A stretch of 64,000 bases of DNA from Podarcis melisellensis (lineage: Eukaryota). Both the position numbers and the translations under genes were made by a program. The stretch is from NCBI GenBank assembly GCA_964234715.1, contig OZ174282.1, one strand, 5' to 3'. Shown piece by piece: positions 63,351-64,000 of the stretch (positions within the stretch are counted from its first letter, which is position 1; every line of letters starts with the position of its first letter). Below the pieces are notes generated by a model. It saw only the letters and a program-made list of their open reading frames with translations. It had not been told where the DNA came from and did not search any database.

Positions 63351-64000
63351 ATATATTAGGTTTCTGTAAAAACTATAAGATCAGGAAAAGAGGGGAGAAA
63401 TGCTCAGGAAGGGAGACAGCACACAAAGATTTACTTCAGAGTACTACAAAATATTGAACTAAAAATAACATTAAAGATGAAATTTGCAATGAATCTCAAG
63501 CTGCTATATTCCCCACGGCTGGGTCTGCCAAAGGCTCTGTTGGCTTCCTCTGTTCTTTCCTGTCTTTATTTAAATATTTTATACAGTTGTCTATGTTCAT
63601 GTGTAGCGCGAACTGTCATTTATATTTCAAGTCCACTCTAAAATGGATCTTAGGCTGCATCAAGCTGTGCACGGTGGTTGAGGCAGTTGAACCAGGGAGG
63701 GACGTTGAAGTGGTAAGGACAAATGAAGAATGATACTTAATGTGGTTTTTGTGTACTTATAGTTTGCTGTCATGTCTTCCGCCTTGAGACTGATTTGTAA
63801 TTTTATGGCTTTTGTGACATTATGATAAGATGGGATGTGAGTAAGGTTTCCATTTAGCAAACCCGTTGATGCATTTTTCGAGACAGAGTGGTTTGACGGC
63901 GGGGAAATTCTGGGAGGCTGACCTTGGGGCTTCGCGACGAGCAAAACAACACCAACATCAACATCCTTGTTTGATGTACAGCTCTCGAAAAGGACCGCAC

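Noticed and set aside
1-64000. CRISPR arrays, operons, defence systems, endogenous viral ORFs
   Set aside because: Vertebrate non-coding DNA; no regularly spaced repeat-spacer pattern and no long coding frames seen.

Overview
Eukaryotic non-coding DNA, most likely from a squamate reptile and probably a lacertid lizard, judged from Sauria SINE, Squam3-like SINE and lizard-type CR1/L2/L1 remnants recognised by eye. I find no convincing host protein-coding exon, rRNA/tRNA gene or CRISPR array. The listed ORFs are chance frames, gap or microsatellite artefacts, or decayed retrotransposon ORF2 fragments. The window alternates between heavily nested transposon debris (LINEs, SINEs, hAT/Tc1-mariner/Harbinger MITEs, many with exact target-site duplications, TSDs) and TE-poor, homeodomain-motif-rich blocks that resemble conserved enhancers in a gene desert or very large intron. 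The last ~0.75 kb may be the 3' UTR and poly(A) site of a minus-strand gene outside the window. The most unusual items are two unrelated TSD-flanked insertions that each carry a degenerate hammerhead ribozyme (Penelope-like), and a CR1 copy with an apparent twin-priming 5' inversion. I do not see a supportable new multi-gene system. Family names are recalled, not database-verified. Boundaries are approximate unless a TSD is given.
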